A stretch of DNA of 64,000 bases from a virus (lineage: Duplodnaviria > Caudoviricetes), in IMG/VR virus record IMGVR_UViG_3300011008_000004, positions 150,258 to 214,257 of that record. One strand, given 5' to 3'. Of this stretch, positions 23,204 through 34,362 are shown in pieces. Within the stretch, counting starts at the first letter, position 1; each line of letters begins with the position of its first letter. The position numbers and the translations under genes were made by a program. The notes under the pieces are model-generated. The model did not search any database, had not been told where the DNA came from, and saw nothing but the letters and a program-made list of their open reading frames with translations.

Positions 23204-25021
23204 TCAATTATTTTCATTAGCTATAGGTTCTTCACCTTTAGCTATTTCTTCAGACGCAACTGCGATAGTCTCATCTGCTTCTTCTTCGCCATCTTTTATT
23301 TGATTAGCATCTGGATTTATTTCTGTTAAGCATTTTTGAAGTTCACCAACATGAACTAATTCTTCATTCTTAATATCTTCTAAAACAGCTTGTACTGCTT
23401 CATATTCATTTAAATTTTTCAAAGTAGCTATCGCTGAATTATAGCCATCGACTGCTTCAAATTCGTCTTTAATTAAGTCACTAATAATCTGTTCAATACT
23501 AATATTTATTAAAGCACCTTCAACATTTTCTTCATCTTTAGTTTCTGGAATTACTTCTTCACCATCAACTTCAACGTCAAGATCTTCTTTTAATTCTTCA
23601 TGATATTCGCCATACCAATTATCTTGCCAGCCACCTTTTATACATGAATTATATAATTTATTTAAAACTTCTGTGCTAACATTATCTGCTGTAGGATTCT
23701 TTATATTTTCTATAGGCATCTTCGTGCAAACTTTGTCGTAATAATCCATACACAAAACTGTTTCACCATCAGTGAAAAAACTTCTTACTTTTTCTTCATT
23801 TAATGATTCATTTAAATAGTTATCTAGTAAAACGCTTTCATAGAAATCTTTCATATCGCTATTATTAAGATCTCTCCAATCATGTTTACCAAAGTGATCT
23901 AAAGCTAAATCATTCAATAAATCTTTATTTAAACCACTATTAGCAATTAAATCTCTATAATTATCTTTATAATTTACTTCTTCGGTTATAACAGTTTCTG
24001 TTTCAGATTCTTCTTTAACTTCTTCTGTTATTTCTTTAGATTCATTTATAATCGCTCTTTTAGCTTTTAAATCGTTTATTTCTTTTTCAGTATTAGCAAT
24101 AGCTTCTTCAACTTCTGCTTCAGAATCAAAGTTACCGCCTCTATTTATTTCATTAAAAGCATGATTGTTTAAGTAATGTAAATAATGTTGTAAATCTACA
24201 ATCTCTTCATCTACCTTAGCAATCCAAGCTTCTTTGCCACCAGCGTCTTTAACTTCTGTATCTAATTCAGACATCACGCTTTCAACTATATTCTTAGATT
24301 GTTTAGATTCATTCAAGCTTTCATCTAAATCAATACCAAGTCTACCTATTGCGCCAACAATTGCAGCTCTAGCATTATTATATACTTGAGGATCTGAATT
24401 TAAATCCCAATCAACATATATTCCATTATAGTTATCTGGATTTGACATATCAATAAATATATCTTCTATTGTAGGATGTTCTACTTTACCACTTGAAATT
24501 AAAGCATCATATGAATCTTTAACATCGTCATCAAAAGAAGATGACTCATTTAAGTTTTCATCTAACTTTTCATTTATATATAATTTATTCCAAACTCTTA
24601 AGCCATCACCTTTATTAGCTACTTCAGCGTTAATAACTTTTTTGCAATCTTCAATATAATCACAACATGTTTTTTCGCCATCTAATTCAAAACAATATTC
24701 ACCAGGTTTATCTTCATCTAAGTTACCTGTTTTATTTACAGCTATTTTATAACCTTTATAGACTAACTCTTTAGCATCAATAGGATCACCTACAGCTTCT
24801 TTTATGATACACTCAGAAAGTAATTTACCTTCAGTAGCTAATTCATTAAATTGTCTTATAGCATCTTCATCTGATGCCGCGTAAATCTTTTTAACAAAAT
24901 TACCATCATTAAGAATAGAATATCCTCTTGGATATAATTTTTTTAATGTTACAAAGAATTTTCTAGCAATTATATCTTCGCCTTCATTTTCAACTATAGC
25001 ATTTTTCTTAGTTATTTTCAT
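23204..25021 (-). CDS. Acidic multidomain internal head protein with C-terminal ferritin-like helices
   Basis: LNES/INES/ITEE repeats; DEFEAVDGY...DIKNEELVHVGEL ExxH motif. Confidence 0.6.
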   Translation of the reverse strand: MKITKKNAIVENEGEDIIARKFFVTLKKLYPRGYSILNDGNFVKKIYAASDEDAIRQFNELATEGKLLSECIIKEAVGDPIDAKELVYKGYKIAVNKTGNLDEDKPGEYCFELDGEKTCCDYIEDCKKVINAEVANKGDGLRVWNKLYINEKLDENLNESSSFDDDVKDSYDALISSGKVEHPTIEDIFIDMSNPDNYNGIYVDWDLNSDPQVYNNARAAIVGAIGRLGIDLDESLNESKQSKNIVESVMSELDTEVKDAGGKEAWIAKVDEEIVDLQHYLHYLNNHAFNEINRGGNFDSEAEVEEAIANTEKEINDLKAKRAIINESKEITEEVKEESETETVITEEVNYKDNYRDLIANSGLNKDLLNDLALDHFGKHDWRDLNNSDMKDFYESVLLDNYLNESLNEEKVRSFFTDGETVLCMDYYDKVCTKMPIENIKNPTADNVSTEVLNKLYNSCIKGGWQDNWYGEYHEELKEDLDVEVDGEEVIPETKDEENVEGALINISIEQIISDLIKDEFEAVDGYNSAIATLKNLNEYEAVQAVLEDIKNEELVHVGELQKCLTEINPDANQIKDGEEEADETIAVASEEIAKGEEPIANENN

Positions 25022-26418
25022 AAATCTTCACCTTCATCTTCATCATCTACAGGCTTAGCAGCGCTCATAGTAAAACTTGGAACAACTATGTCTATTGAAT
25101 AATTATAATAAGGGAATCTAGAATCAACATCACCTTTAATAGGTTGTGGTAAACGTTTTAATTCATAATCTAAGCCATAATATTTTGCAACTTTATAAGC
25201 ATATTTTAAACCATCTTTATCAGGAGAGATAACAGTTACAATTTCATCTCCATTTTTAGGTTTATTAGTTACTTCAGTGTAATCATAACTTATAAAGTTT
25301 GAACCATCTTTATCTTTTAAACCTTCTGGACGTTTTCTTGACCAAGTAGCACCTCTAGATAAGGCATCTAGAACGTCAGCAAGAAGGTCATCATTGATGC
25401 CTTCTCTATTAGCTGATTTAGACACTTTCATCAGCCACTTAAAATCTTCAAAGTTTGGATCATCTTCCGTCACTTTAACGAAATCTAATCTTATAGCATT
25501 TCCAAACTTAGTGTCTAACTATTTTCTTGCGAATTTGCATTCATCTTCATCCATTAAATAGAATCCAGATTTAGCATCTCCGTCTACATCACCTAAAAGA
25601 TCTCTTACAGCTTTTTCAACTTCATCACTTACAGGTTCATTGTAGTCTTCGTTTAAATTTTCTTTTAAAGATTCCTATGCTTTTTCTACTACAGACCAAG
25701 TTGAGTCTTCATTTTGAATAATAACGCCTTGATCTAATAAATAATTAACAACTGCAGCATCTGCTTTATCATATACTTCAGCGTTTTCTTGCATTGCTTT
25801 ATTAAATCTATCTCTTGGATCTGTCATATAAAATACATATTGATTCCAATCAGTATTTATATCACCATCTTTTACAGCAACGTCCATCCAAGCTGAAAAA
25901 TCAACATCTTCATCTTCTAATAAAACTGAGAATAAGCCATAGCCATTGTCTTCAAATTTGATAGCTTTTGGATTATATTTATCGGCAAGATCTTCAACGT
26001 CAAATTCATTCTTAACATCATCTTCAGCTTCAGTTAAAGCTTCTTCTTTTTTATAATTTTTAAGAACCTTCATAACCTTTTCATAATTAGTTTCTTCTGT
26101 TAATTTTTCATCACCTAAGTTTTCACTTAAATGCATTTTCTTTAAATCAGGAGATTTAACTTTCTTTATTTCAGTTCTATCTTTTTCAGTATTCTTTAAT
26201 GCGCCACTCTTATTTGCATCATCTACTTGCTTTTTAGCCATCTTCTTAATTTCTTCAGAATGTTCTTTAGCTTTGGCAATAGCGTCTGCCCCAGCATATG
26301 GAATTTGAGCATACATAGATCCAGTGGCTGAACCAACTACATCAGGAATCTTATCAAAAGGATCTGATCCAAATTTATCTATTTCTTCAACTAGTTTCTT
26401 TGTTTTAATTACTTTCAT
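25018..26418 (-). CDS. Acidic putative internal head protein
   Basis: Track ORFs 25675..26418 and 25018..25473 join across TAG 25675; starts MKVIKTKKLVEE. Confidence 0.65.
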
Positions 26419-26442
26419 CTTTTTACCTCAATTTCGGTATTA

Positions 26443-26742
26443 TTAATCTTCAGGTGCGATATCATCTAATTTATCTATCTCGTTTTCAAATTCTTCATCT
26501 TCATCGAAATATTCATTAGAATCAAACATTGCATCATCTATATTTTTACCATAATAATATTTAACAAAATCAGCAATCTTATCATCTGGTAAAAATTCTA
26601 ATAGACCTCTAAATAAATCTTCAAAATCTGTTTCAATATAATGCGCTTCAATAGCATTTAAAAATCTAGTTTCATTAGGTCTAGCTAATTCGTAATTAAC
26701 ATCTTCTTTAATTAATTTATCAAAATTAAAATGTTCTTTCAT
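26443..26742 (-). CDS. Small acidic protein
   Basis: FLPDDKIADF resembles WLPDEEINRF in 22278..23183. Confidence 0.55.
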   Translation of the reverse strand: MKEHFNFDKLIKEDVNYELARPNETRFLNAIEAHYIETDFEDLFRGLLEFLPDDKIADFVKYYYGKNIDDAMFDSNEYFDEDEEFENEIDKLDDIAPED

Positions 26743-27821
26743 CTCTGTAAAGACATCCTTTCTCTTATTAATTCAGCTTGAATGCTAGCTAATCTATCAA
26801 ATTCATCTCTATCATAATCTTCTTTTTCAAGCATTATATCTAATTTAGCGCCTAATTCATCTATTCTGGAGTTCAATTTAGCTATTTTGTCATCTTTTAT
26901 CACCTTATCTAAAGGATGTTCAAAATCTTCAACCTTTTTAGACACGTTTAATCTAGTAGGAATAACTTTAGTCATGTTACAATTATCACAACATAAACCG
27001 TCCTTCACTGGTTGAGCGTTATTGCCATGACCTGTAAATTCTTTTCCACATATCACGCATGTCTTAGTATCATTAGATTGCGTAATATCTTCATCTAAAG
27101 CAGTAGTAGCTTTTAAATTTAAATTGTCTTGATCTGGCGGTATGCGTAAAGATATCATTTGAAGATTAAATGAATCCCCTAACTGTTTAGCGAATTCCTT
27201 ATCTGCATATATATGATTTGTAGAAGATTTATATAATATTATTTTATTATATAATTTATGACCTTCATTTAAATTGCTACAACTATCTTCAAAACCTTCA
27301 TCTAATTCATCTCTGTCAAGTCTTATCATTAAAACTTTTGTAGGTTTAGATACATTTTCTTTATCAGATTGCACAGCGTTGTACTCTTTAGGAATGTCTA
27401 AAACATACATATCTTTACCTATTCTATTTTTAATTTCTTTTAATAGATCATCCGTTAATGGTTCTTTAAAATTAAAATAATAAGTATAAGGCGCATTAGA
27501 TGTTTGTGTAACTCTTAAGCCATAGAATTCATCTTCATTTAATGATTCATCAAAATCTTCATCGCCATCATGATCAATAACGTTGCCATCCTCATCTGTA
27601 AAATTATAGTATTCTATAGCTGTTTTATACTCTTCAACAGTGTAATCATCATCATACTTAGCACAAGCTCTAGCAACTTCATCTAAATTTGTTAGATCTT
27701 TAGGACTATAGTCTCTCTCCCATGCTGTAACATTGTGAATAACATAGCCAAGATGATTTCTATCAGGTATACTATCTAGTATAGATTCATTTATCTTTTT
27801 TATATTTTTAATAACTTTCAT
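26739..27821 (-). CDS. Acidic multidomain protein with CxxC...CCDxCN zinc finger
   Basis: Starts MKVIKNIKKINES; CVICGKEFTGHGNNAQPV...CCDNCN. Confidence 0.6.
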   Translation of the reverse strand: MKVIKNIKKINESILDSIPDRNHLGYVIHNVTAWERDYSPKDLTNLDEVARACAKYDDDYTVEEYKTAIEYYNFTDEDGNVIDHDGDEDFDESLNEDEFYGLRVTQTSNAPYTYYFNFKEPLTDDLLKEIKNRIGKDMYVLDIPKEYNAVQSDKENVSKPTKVLMIRLDRDELDEGFEDSCSNLNEGHKLYNKIILYKSSTNHIYADKEFAKQLGDSFNLQMISLRIPPDQDNLNLKATTALDEDITQSNDTKTCVICGKEFTGHGNNAQPVKDGLCCDNCNMTKVIPTRLNVSKKVEDFEHPLDKVIKDDKIAKLNSRIDELGAKLDIMLEKEDYDRDEFDRLASIQAELIRERMSLQR

Positions 27822-27829
27822 AATTAACC

Positions 27830-28201
27830 TCAATGTCTATCTTTAACATTGCCAATTTTATTATAATGTTTATCATATAAATCGCCCGTTTTAGGATCTA
27901 CATAAGTTCCGCCACCAGGCATACTTGGATTAGCAACATCATAAAGTAATTGATCAATGTTATTCATTTTGAAATCTTTTCCAACTTCTTTAGACCAAGC
28001 TCTCATTGCTTCTAATGGATCGTCTATTTTCATTTCATCACAAATTTTCTACCAATCTGTAACTTTTTCTAAACCATATTGAGCTGAAAGTTCCATTAGT
28101 TCTTTAAATTGTTGTCTATTATACCCTTCATCTAAAATATATGCTTTACGAGACTCAGGTATTGTTAATTTTGATTCATTTACATTTTTTATAACTTTCA
28201 T
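27830..28201 (-). CDS. Putative internal head protein
   Basis: Starts MKVIKNVNES; one TAG. Confidence 0.6.
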
Positions 28202-29412
28202 AATTCGTCCTCAGATGCTTGTTCATCTAAATCTTTTTTCAATAATTTAATAAGTTCATCTACTCTGTTATCAAAATCTTTCAATAAAGCATAATCTCTA
28301 TCAACATTTTCTCTAACTTCTCTATTAGCTTCTTCAATATCTTCAGAATCATATTCGCCATCATAATTAGAGTAATAATTAGAGCCAATATATTCATTCA
28401 CAGCATCATCTAAATCTTCAAAATCAGCGTAATAATTAGGATCTATAACTTTCTTGTCCAAAATCAAATGACCACCCATTCTGCCGTCTTGATAAATATC
28501 ATGAGCTAAGTCATTATATTTATTCCAAAATCCTTCAAGATTACCATTATCCCAATATTTATAGAAGTTTTCTTCCTGTTTTTCAGTTAAATCTAAATCA
28601 TCTATCTTACAAGGTCTTGTGAAATAAACGCCATTAGAACCATTATATGTAGGATAATTTTTTATATAGTCAAATTTGTCATCTATAGTTAAAGGTTTTT
28701 CAATGGATTCAGTTAATTTTTTACCATTATTGCTAATTTTTAAAGAATCGCCTATATCATCATAATCTGTAGGATCGTAATCATAGTCTATATCAAAATC
28801 TAAATCTATGTATCTTTCTTCAAATTTTATATGTTTTATAAGGTCTTCAATCGTGTCTAAATCATATAAAGGTATTTCTAGCTCTATAGTCTGTCTTTTA
28901 CCTTCAGCACTAGCTTCTATAGTTATGTTAAATAATTCGTATGATTCACCGTCTGCGTCAGTTTCAATTACTCTTTCATAATCTTCTATAGAATAATCTA
29001 CACTTACGTCTCTTTCTTCCCAGTCATCTGCATCAAATTGTCGGCCATACACTGTGTAAGTATCTGGAAAATATTGATAAATAGCTTCATCTATAATATC
29101 AGCAAGTTCTTTTTCAGATAAATCTTTTAAGTTTTTACTAGTATCTATATTCTTTAAGCTTTCACCCATTACAACGCTTTCTCCAGCACTAGCGCCGCCA
29201 TCTGTACTAGATCCGCCATCATATATAGGACATCCACCATCTGGACTATACTAACGATTAAACGCTGCTGCGTTTATTTCACAATTACCAGCATTTATTT
29301 TTACGCCATCTGAAAATTTCTAAAACCAACCGAGTTGATTCTTTTTATATTTTTTAAACTTTTTAGCTTTCTCATTCAAGCTTTTGTTTTCAGCATCTAT
29401 GAAAATTGACAT
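28198..29412 (-). CDS. Acidic putative internal head protein
   Basis: Extended through two TAGs to ATG 29412 with GAGG RBS and a GCTAAAATA motif upstream. Confidence 0.6.
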
Positions 29413-29482
29413 AACTCATCCTCAAATTTTATATTTATTTTAGCTTTAATACGACTAATTATAAGAAGTTATTCAATATTTG

Positions 29483-29968
29483 TCATTTCGATAACTCTTT
29501 AAATATATTATTTACAACGATATCTTTAAAACGAAAATCATAGTCTTCAACTACAAAACAATTAAACATTTCACCATATTTTGAAAATAACTTTAATTCT
29601 TGACCTATAAATTTATTGTTATTTTCTGAAAAGTCTTTCTCACCTTTAAGTTCATAGTTTCTGTGTAAAGTACGTTTATCAGATAGTAATATAACATATA
29701 CTACATCTTTTGATAAATTTTGTAATATGTCTTTTACATCTTTTTGATTAAATTTAAAATCTCTTTCATAAATCTCAGAGTACACCAATTCACTTATAGG
29801 ACCTCTATCCAGTATAATGTTATCTCTATTTAATAAGTCTATAAAATAGTCTCTAGAGATCTCTGAGTGCTTAGAACAATGAACTACATCTAAATCTAAA
29901 TATCCTGTGATTGTTTCAATGATTGAGCTTTTTCCTACGTTATTTGGTCCATCAATAATGATTTTCAT
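29483..29968 (-). CDS. dNMP/thymidylate kinase-like protein
   Basis: GPNNVGKS P-loop; LDRGPISELVY. Confidence 0.75.
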   Translation of the reverse strand: MKIIIDGPNNVGKSSIIETITGYLDLDVVHCSKHSEISRDYFIDLLNRDNIILDRGPISELVYSEIYERDFKFNQKDVKDILQNLSKDVVYVILLSDKRTLHRNYELKGEKDFSENNNKFIGQELKLFSKYGEMFNCFVVEDYDFRFKDIVVNNIFKELSK

Positions 29969-29997
29969 ATTTCACCTAACTAATTTATTTTAATTTT

Positions 29998-30043
29998 ATT
30001 ATAAAATATAAAAGAAAAAGAGTCAATCAAAACGATTGACTCT
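29998..30043 (-). promoter_or_regulatory. Terminator hairpin whose 3' arm is a sigma70 -35 box (TTGACT-17-TATAAT)
   Basis: AGAGTCAATC/GATTGACTCT stem; exact 17-nt spacer. Confidence 0.75.
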
Positions 30044-30048
30044 TATGA

Positions 30049-30303
30049 TCAAAACTCTTTTGCATTATAGCCGTATTTCTTTTTAAAATTTCTTAGCCTT
30101 TTTAGCTCGATAGATCTCTGTAATTTAAGAGCCTCTTCGTGTTTTAATCTTTTCTTGACACTTTTAGATACATAATATTCTTTCTTCTTCATATCTAATA
30201 GAATGCCTTCTTTTTCGACTTTCTTTTTAAAACGTCTAACTAAAGAATCTACGCTTTCAGAAGTTCTAGTATCTTTGTCATACCTGGCATACACTGTAGC
30301 CAA
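30049..30303 (-). CDS. rpsU: Ribosomal protein bS21
   Basis: ESVDSLVRRFKKKVEKEGILLDMKKKEYYVSKSVKKR matches the bS21 signature. Confidence 0.85.
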   Translation of the reverse strand: MATVYARYDKDTRTSESVDSLVRRFKKKVEKEGILLDMKKKEYYVSKSVKKRLKHEEALKLQRSIELKRLRNFKKKYGYNAKEF

Positions 30304-30323
30304 AATAAATCACCACCTTTGGT

Positions 30324-30689
30324 TTATAAATTTTTATCGTCTGCAATAAATTGTAGGATTTCTCGACAATTGCTTAAAGCTTCTTGCTTTGAAATAACTC
30401 TTGCATCAGTTATTTCATAAGAGCTATTATTTAAGAATGATTTAATTGTTTTTGATATTCTTTTACTATCAAAATTTATCTTGTCATATGTACAAGTTAC
30501 TTTGTCAGGCATCAGTCCTGTGTCAATAGAAGGTCCATAGAGCACTATATGTGTCTGTCCTAAATTAGTCATTATAAATAAGTAATAATAAGCACCAACA
30601 GCACCCTTAGCCTCTATAACAACATTTCCAATATCTTCTATTTCTAGATTGCCAACATAGGCTTGTGTTAAATAATATTCGAAATCCAT
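30324..30689 (-). CDS. Hypothetical protein
   Basis: Intact ORF. Confidence 0.55.
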   Translation of the reverse strand: MDFEYYLTQAYVGNLEIEDIGNVVIEAKGAVGAYYYLFIMTNLGQTHIVLYGPSIDTGLMPDKVTCTYDKINFDSKRISKTIKSFLNNSSYEITDARVISKQEALSNCREILQFIADDKNL

Positions 30690-30710
30690 AAAATTATATA
30701 CAATAATTAT

Positions 30711-30902
30711 TTAAATAATTCTACTCACGCCTGTGTCGCCTCTACTTATGATAATATTGTTGAAATCTGTCGTTACATTTCTATTAGCATAGTATCTAGC
30801 AACTATAATGTTATTAAAATTATAGTAAACTTTATCGCCATTAGACTTAGTGTCAACCCAACCTTTAATTATATTATTAAAATTTTTAATAGGTTCTTTC
30901 AT
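30711..30902 (-). CDS. Small hypothetical protein with FNNII repeats
   Basis: Intact ORF with RBS and upstream GCTAAATTA. Confidence 0.55.
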   Translation of the reverse strand: MKEPIKNFNNIIKGWVDTKSNGDKVYYNFNNIIVARYYANRNVTTDFNNIIISRGDTGVSRII

Positions 30903-30937
30903 CTAATGTTCCTCAAAAATTTACTCTTATTTATAAT

Positions 30938-32002
30938 TTAGCAAGATTTATCTTCATACAAGTGTTCTTCATTTAATTCTATCACAAATTTATTGATGGC
31001 GTCATAATCAGGTTTACCTGGAAGTTGAGTATGTTCTGCAGCATTTTTTAACCAAGCGTTTAAATCATCTATCATTTCAAAAAACTCTTTATCATAAGTA
31101 CCATCTTCTAACTGATACATGCCATTTCTTAAATCTTTAAGTAATTTTAAATCATTTGGTCTAAAAGTATGGATATCCTCATTTTCTAATAAATCTATTC
31201 CTGTTAGTAATAAACGAACTGTATGGGAACAGTGCTTCCCGAGATGATCATCGTCTTTTCTATTTCTATGATTTATCTTACCATAATTTCTAAGAGTACA
31301 AGTAATATCTTCTTGAAAGTTTTTGTAATCTCTTAAAGCAAGATGTTTAAAATTTCCATCACAGAAAAGTTCTTTCTCAAGACCTTCATCTAATCCACGT
31401 TGAGTAGCTTCATCTATGTAAATCTTAAATTGTTGACCAAGTTCTCCATATTTGTATTCAATAGAATCAATCATACGATCAATTGAATTTTTCATATGTT
31501 CTTCTAACTGCGCTTGAGTCATTGAATCTCTCGCTATTGCGTTAGTAAGTCTATCAATTTGTGCTGAAGCATATCCGCCAAAAGATTTAACAGCTATTTT
31601 AGAGAAAAATAAGTGTCTATTATCTACTAGCTTTTGTCCCAACTTACTTCTATATAAGTTATTTCTATCACACGGGTCTAACATCTCAATAACATTAGGA
31701 TTGCAACCTGCAGCTAATGAAGCAAACTTATTTAAACTATAAATTACAGTGTCAGTTTTAGCGTCAATCTTTTGTTCAAATATCTTATTACCAAGAAGTG
31801 CTTCTTTAGGAGAAAACATGATACCTCTAACATCAATATCTGATAAGAGTTCTCCTGTTTCTTTATCATATCTTTCAGTGCCATAAGATAAAGATCCACC
31901 TAATACACAGGTTAACAAATCTGACTTATCTTTTAAAAATTCGTACTCTTCCGCTGAATTAATGTAGTCTTTCACTTCATTTATATTTTTCATAATACTC
32001 AC
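30938..32002 (-). CDS. Pol-beta-superfamily nucleotidyltransferase (YcgL/RlaP-like)
   Basis: GGSLSYG...SDIDVRG and NPNVIEML motifs. Confidence 0.75.
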   Translation of the reverse strand: MSIMKNINEVKDYINSAEEYEFLKDKSDLLTCVLGGSLSYGTERYDKETGELLSDIDVRGIMFSPKEALLGNKIFEQKIDAKTDTVIYSLNKFASLAAGCNPNVIEMLDPCDRNNLYRSKLGQKLVDNRHLFFSKIAVKSFGGYASAQIDRLTNAIARDSMTQAQLEEHMKNSIDRMIDSIEYKYGELGQQFKIYIDEATQRGLDEGLEKELFCDGNFKHLALRDYKNFQEDITCTLRNYGKINHRNRKDDDHLGKHCSHTVRLLLTGIDLLENEDIHTFRPNDLKLLKDLRNGMYQLEDGTYDKEFFEMIDDLNAWLKNAAEHTQLPGKPDYDAINKFVIELNEEHLYEDKSC

Positions 32003-32014
32003 CTCTATAATTTT

Positions 32015-32059
32015 ATTTTATCATATATAATAAAAATAGTCAACTGTTAGTTGACTATT
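32015..32059 (-). promoter_or_regulatory. Terminator/-35 composite (TTGACT-17-TAAAAT)
   Basis: AATAGTCAACT/AGTTGACTATT stem. Confidence 0.7.
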
Positions 32060-32063
32060 CAAA

Positions 32064-32336
32064 TTAACTTAGTATTACACCATAAGTTTTCTTAGCATAA
32101 GCTTCAATTCTAGTAATTAGATCTTGAATATAGATCATCTGTGAATCATATCTATGCCAATCTATTGTACATTGGTCTACTACATCTTTATTAATTTCAT
32201 GTCTATGCGTATTTATATAATTTTCTACTTCATCTCTTTTATCATGAACCACATGAAAATCACCCACTAATGTTCGTTTAAGATTAATAAATTCATCTAA
32301 TAATTGCGTTTCAATACTCTTCATAGTATGCCTCAA
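32064..32336 (-). CDS. Hypothetical protein
   Basis: Intact ORF with ATGA overlap. Confidence 0.5.
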   Translation of the reverse strand: MRHTMKSIETQLLDEFINLKRTLVGDFHVVHDKRDEVENYINTHRHEINKDVVDQCTIDWHRYDSQMIYIQDLITRIEAYAKKTYGVILS

Positions 32337-33268
32337 TTCTTTTCAAATAATAATTTAGGTCTATAACCTATTCTTTCTACACAATAGCACGAAGCCGCTG
32401 CATTATCTACGTAATTCGGGGAATTATTTTTTAATCTACCTTTAGTAAATCCTTCAGGACATTCAAATGTCATAATTTCACATTCACCATTATTGTACCA
32501 ATGGGAACCTTTAGATTGACCGTGCTTCCCCTTATTAGATTCACTTTTACGTTTTTTATCTTCCTCTGTTAAAGGCAAATTTCCTCTAATAAATCCTTCT
32601 GGGATATCATCTGTATCTTTTAAATATAATCTATCTTTGCCATTATTATACCAATGTCTACCAAATGCTGGATTATTTTTTCCATTTACGTTTGGATGGT
32701 TTAATGACATATTTATACAAGCTTCTTTACTCATCAATTTACCTTTGTGGCTTTCTGAAATTTTAAATTTAGTTTCTTCAGTTCTTTTAGTACCAATCAT
32801 TCTATTATAGGAACTTTCTGAAATACGTCGTCTGCCTTCTTCTGAGATAGCATGCCCTTGCATATGCATTGCCGTAGCTTTATTACACGTTATACGAATC
32901 TCATCATAATCAGCGAATTTTATCTTAAAATCTTCGATGGTTTCAGGAAAATTTTTATCTCCAAACAAAACATGACAAGCATAAGCATTAGCTCTTTTAT
33001 ACATTTCTGAAGTACAGTGATATAAATAATAATGAGCTAAACAATGATTATAATGAGATAAATAAACCGTGTTTTCTTTACTATTATCTATAGACAAATT
33101 GTTAGTTCGAAAATAAAATCTAGGTATTATATGATGTTTCTAATTTTCATATTTAATTTTGACATTGTTAATATTTTCAAGTATTAATTGAATATATAAA
33201 TCTAAATATTCATTTTCTTCACATAATAAAGTATCAATTAATTTTTTCTTTAAATCTAAATAACTCAT
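32333..33268 (-). CDS. HNH homing endonuclease with NUMOD3-like repeats, fused to the displaced 3' end of the phosphoesterase
   Basis: EN*KHHIIPR...NTVYLSHYNHCLAH; ends CYCVERIGYRPKLLFEKN. Confidence 0.8.
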
Positions 33269-33344
33269 AAATATGTCCTTTTAAATTTATTATATATAAT
33301 TTAGCATTACATATTTATGAATATGTCCATAATAATTAAACTTT

Positions 33345-33827
33345 TTAATTTTTTTCATAAAGCAATAATGGTCTATAGCCTATTCGTTCTACACAAACGC
33401 ATTGGGACCATGGTGTATCTATATAATTAGGGTCTGTATGAACGTGACCATAAATATTTTTATAACAAGTTAGTTGTGGCATTTGTATAGGTGCATGACT
33501 CATTAAGTAAAAATCTGCATATAATATAGGAAATCTACTTACTGTATGGAATCCCATATCTCTATATGTTTGTTCAGACCAATTATCATGATTTCCCATA
33601 ATTAAAATTTTCTTGCCATTAAGTCTCTTAGCTATACTTGCGATGTACTCTTTTTTGCCTAAGCCGAAATCACCTAAATGAATTACTACATCATCATTAG
33701 AAACTGTTTCATTCCAATTCTTAATAAGAGCCTCATCCATTTCTTCTGTAGATTTAAATGGTCTATTACAGTAGTCTATTATGTTTTTATGACCAAAATG
33801 CGTATCACTAATAACAAAAACTTTCAT
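33345..33827 (-). CDS. Calcineurin-like metallophosphoesterase
   Basis: SDTHFGH, HLGDF, GNHD and GHVH motifs. Confidence 0.9.
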   Translation of the reverse strand: MKVFVISDTHFGHKNIIDYCNRPFKSTEEMDEALIKNWNETVSNDDVVIHLGDFGLGKKEYIASIAKRLNGKKILIMGNHDNWSEQTYRDMGFHTVSRFPILYADFYLMSHAPIQMPQLTCYKNIYGHVHTDPNYIDTPWSQCVCVERIGYRPLLLYEKN

Positions 33828-33832
33828 AGTGT

Positions 33833-34361
33833 TTAGCCTTCTTGCATACTAACATTAAAACGTTTAGGAGTTTCGCCATTTATCGCTTTAATCTTACCTT
33901 CTTTGATATCTTTGTTAGTTCCATTCGCAATTGAATCTGTATGCGTATCAACAACTGTAGCAAAACCAGTGCCGCATGTTACCTTATATGGATTATTTGG
34001 ACACCAAAAACATGAATCGTCTACAGTATATTCACCTCTCATCATTTTTTTGATAAACATGACAATCTTTACAACTCTTTCCCATTTGCTGCGTTGCCCA
34101 CGTTATATCTGGTTTACCCGGATAGACAATGTCAGGAACTGTCATTGGATCATAAACTTTTTGATCACAAGGAATCATATTAGGATAAGGATAATTTGTG
34201 ATACCTTTTAGTTTATTTATGTGTAGTTGTTCATGACAAAATGGACACTCTACAATGTCTCCTGGTTCAATATCCTCTAACTCATAAGTAAATACGCACC
34301 CGCAATAAGGACACGTGTATTCAAATTCTTTCTTTCCTTCTTTAATAATCTTTATAGCCAT
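33833..34361 (-). CDS. Zinc-ribbon protein, probably one gene split by a homopolymer frameshift at 34045-34051
   Basis: CPYCG, CPFC, CKDC then CFWC in the next frame; removing one A from the A7 run fuses the two ORFs. Confidence 0.5.
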
Positions 34362-34362
34362 T

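Noticed and set aside
612-29412. Fragmented structural genes read as a decayed prophage or pseudogenes
   Set aside because: Breaks are in-frame TAG, align with Gln in repeats, and a CUA tRNA is encoded
34032-34060. Programmed frameshift in the zinc-ribbon gene
   Set aside because: A single extra A in an A7 run with no stimulatory element is more simply a homopolymer error; needs read data
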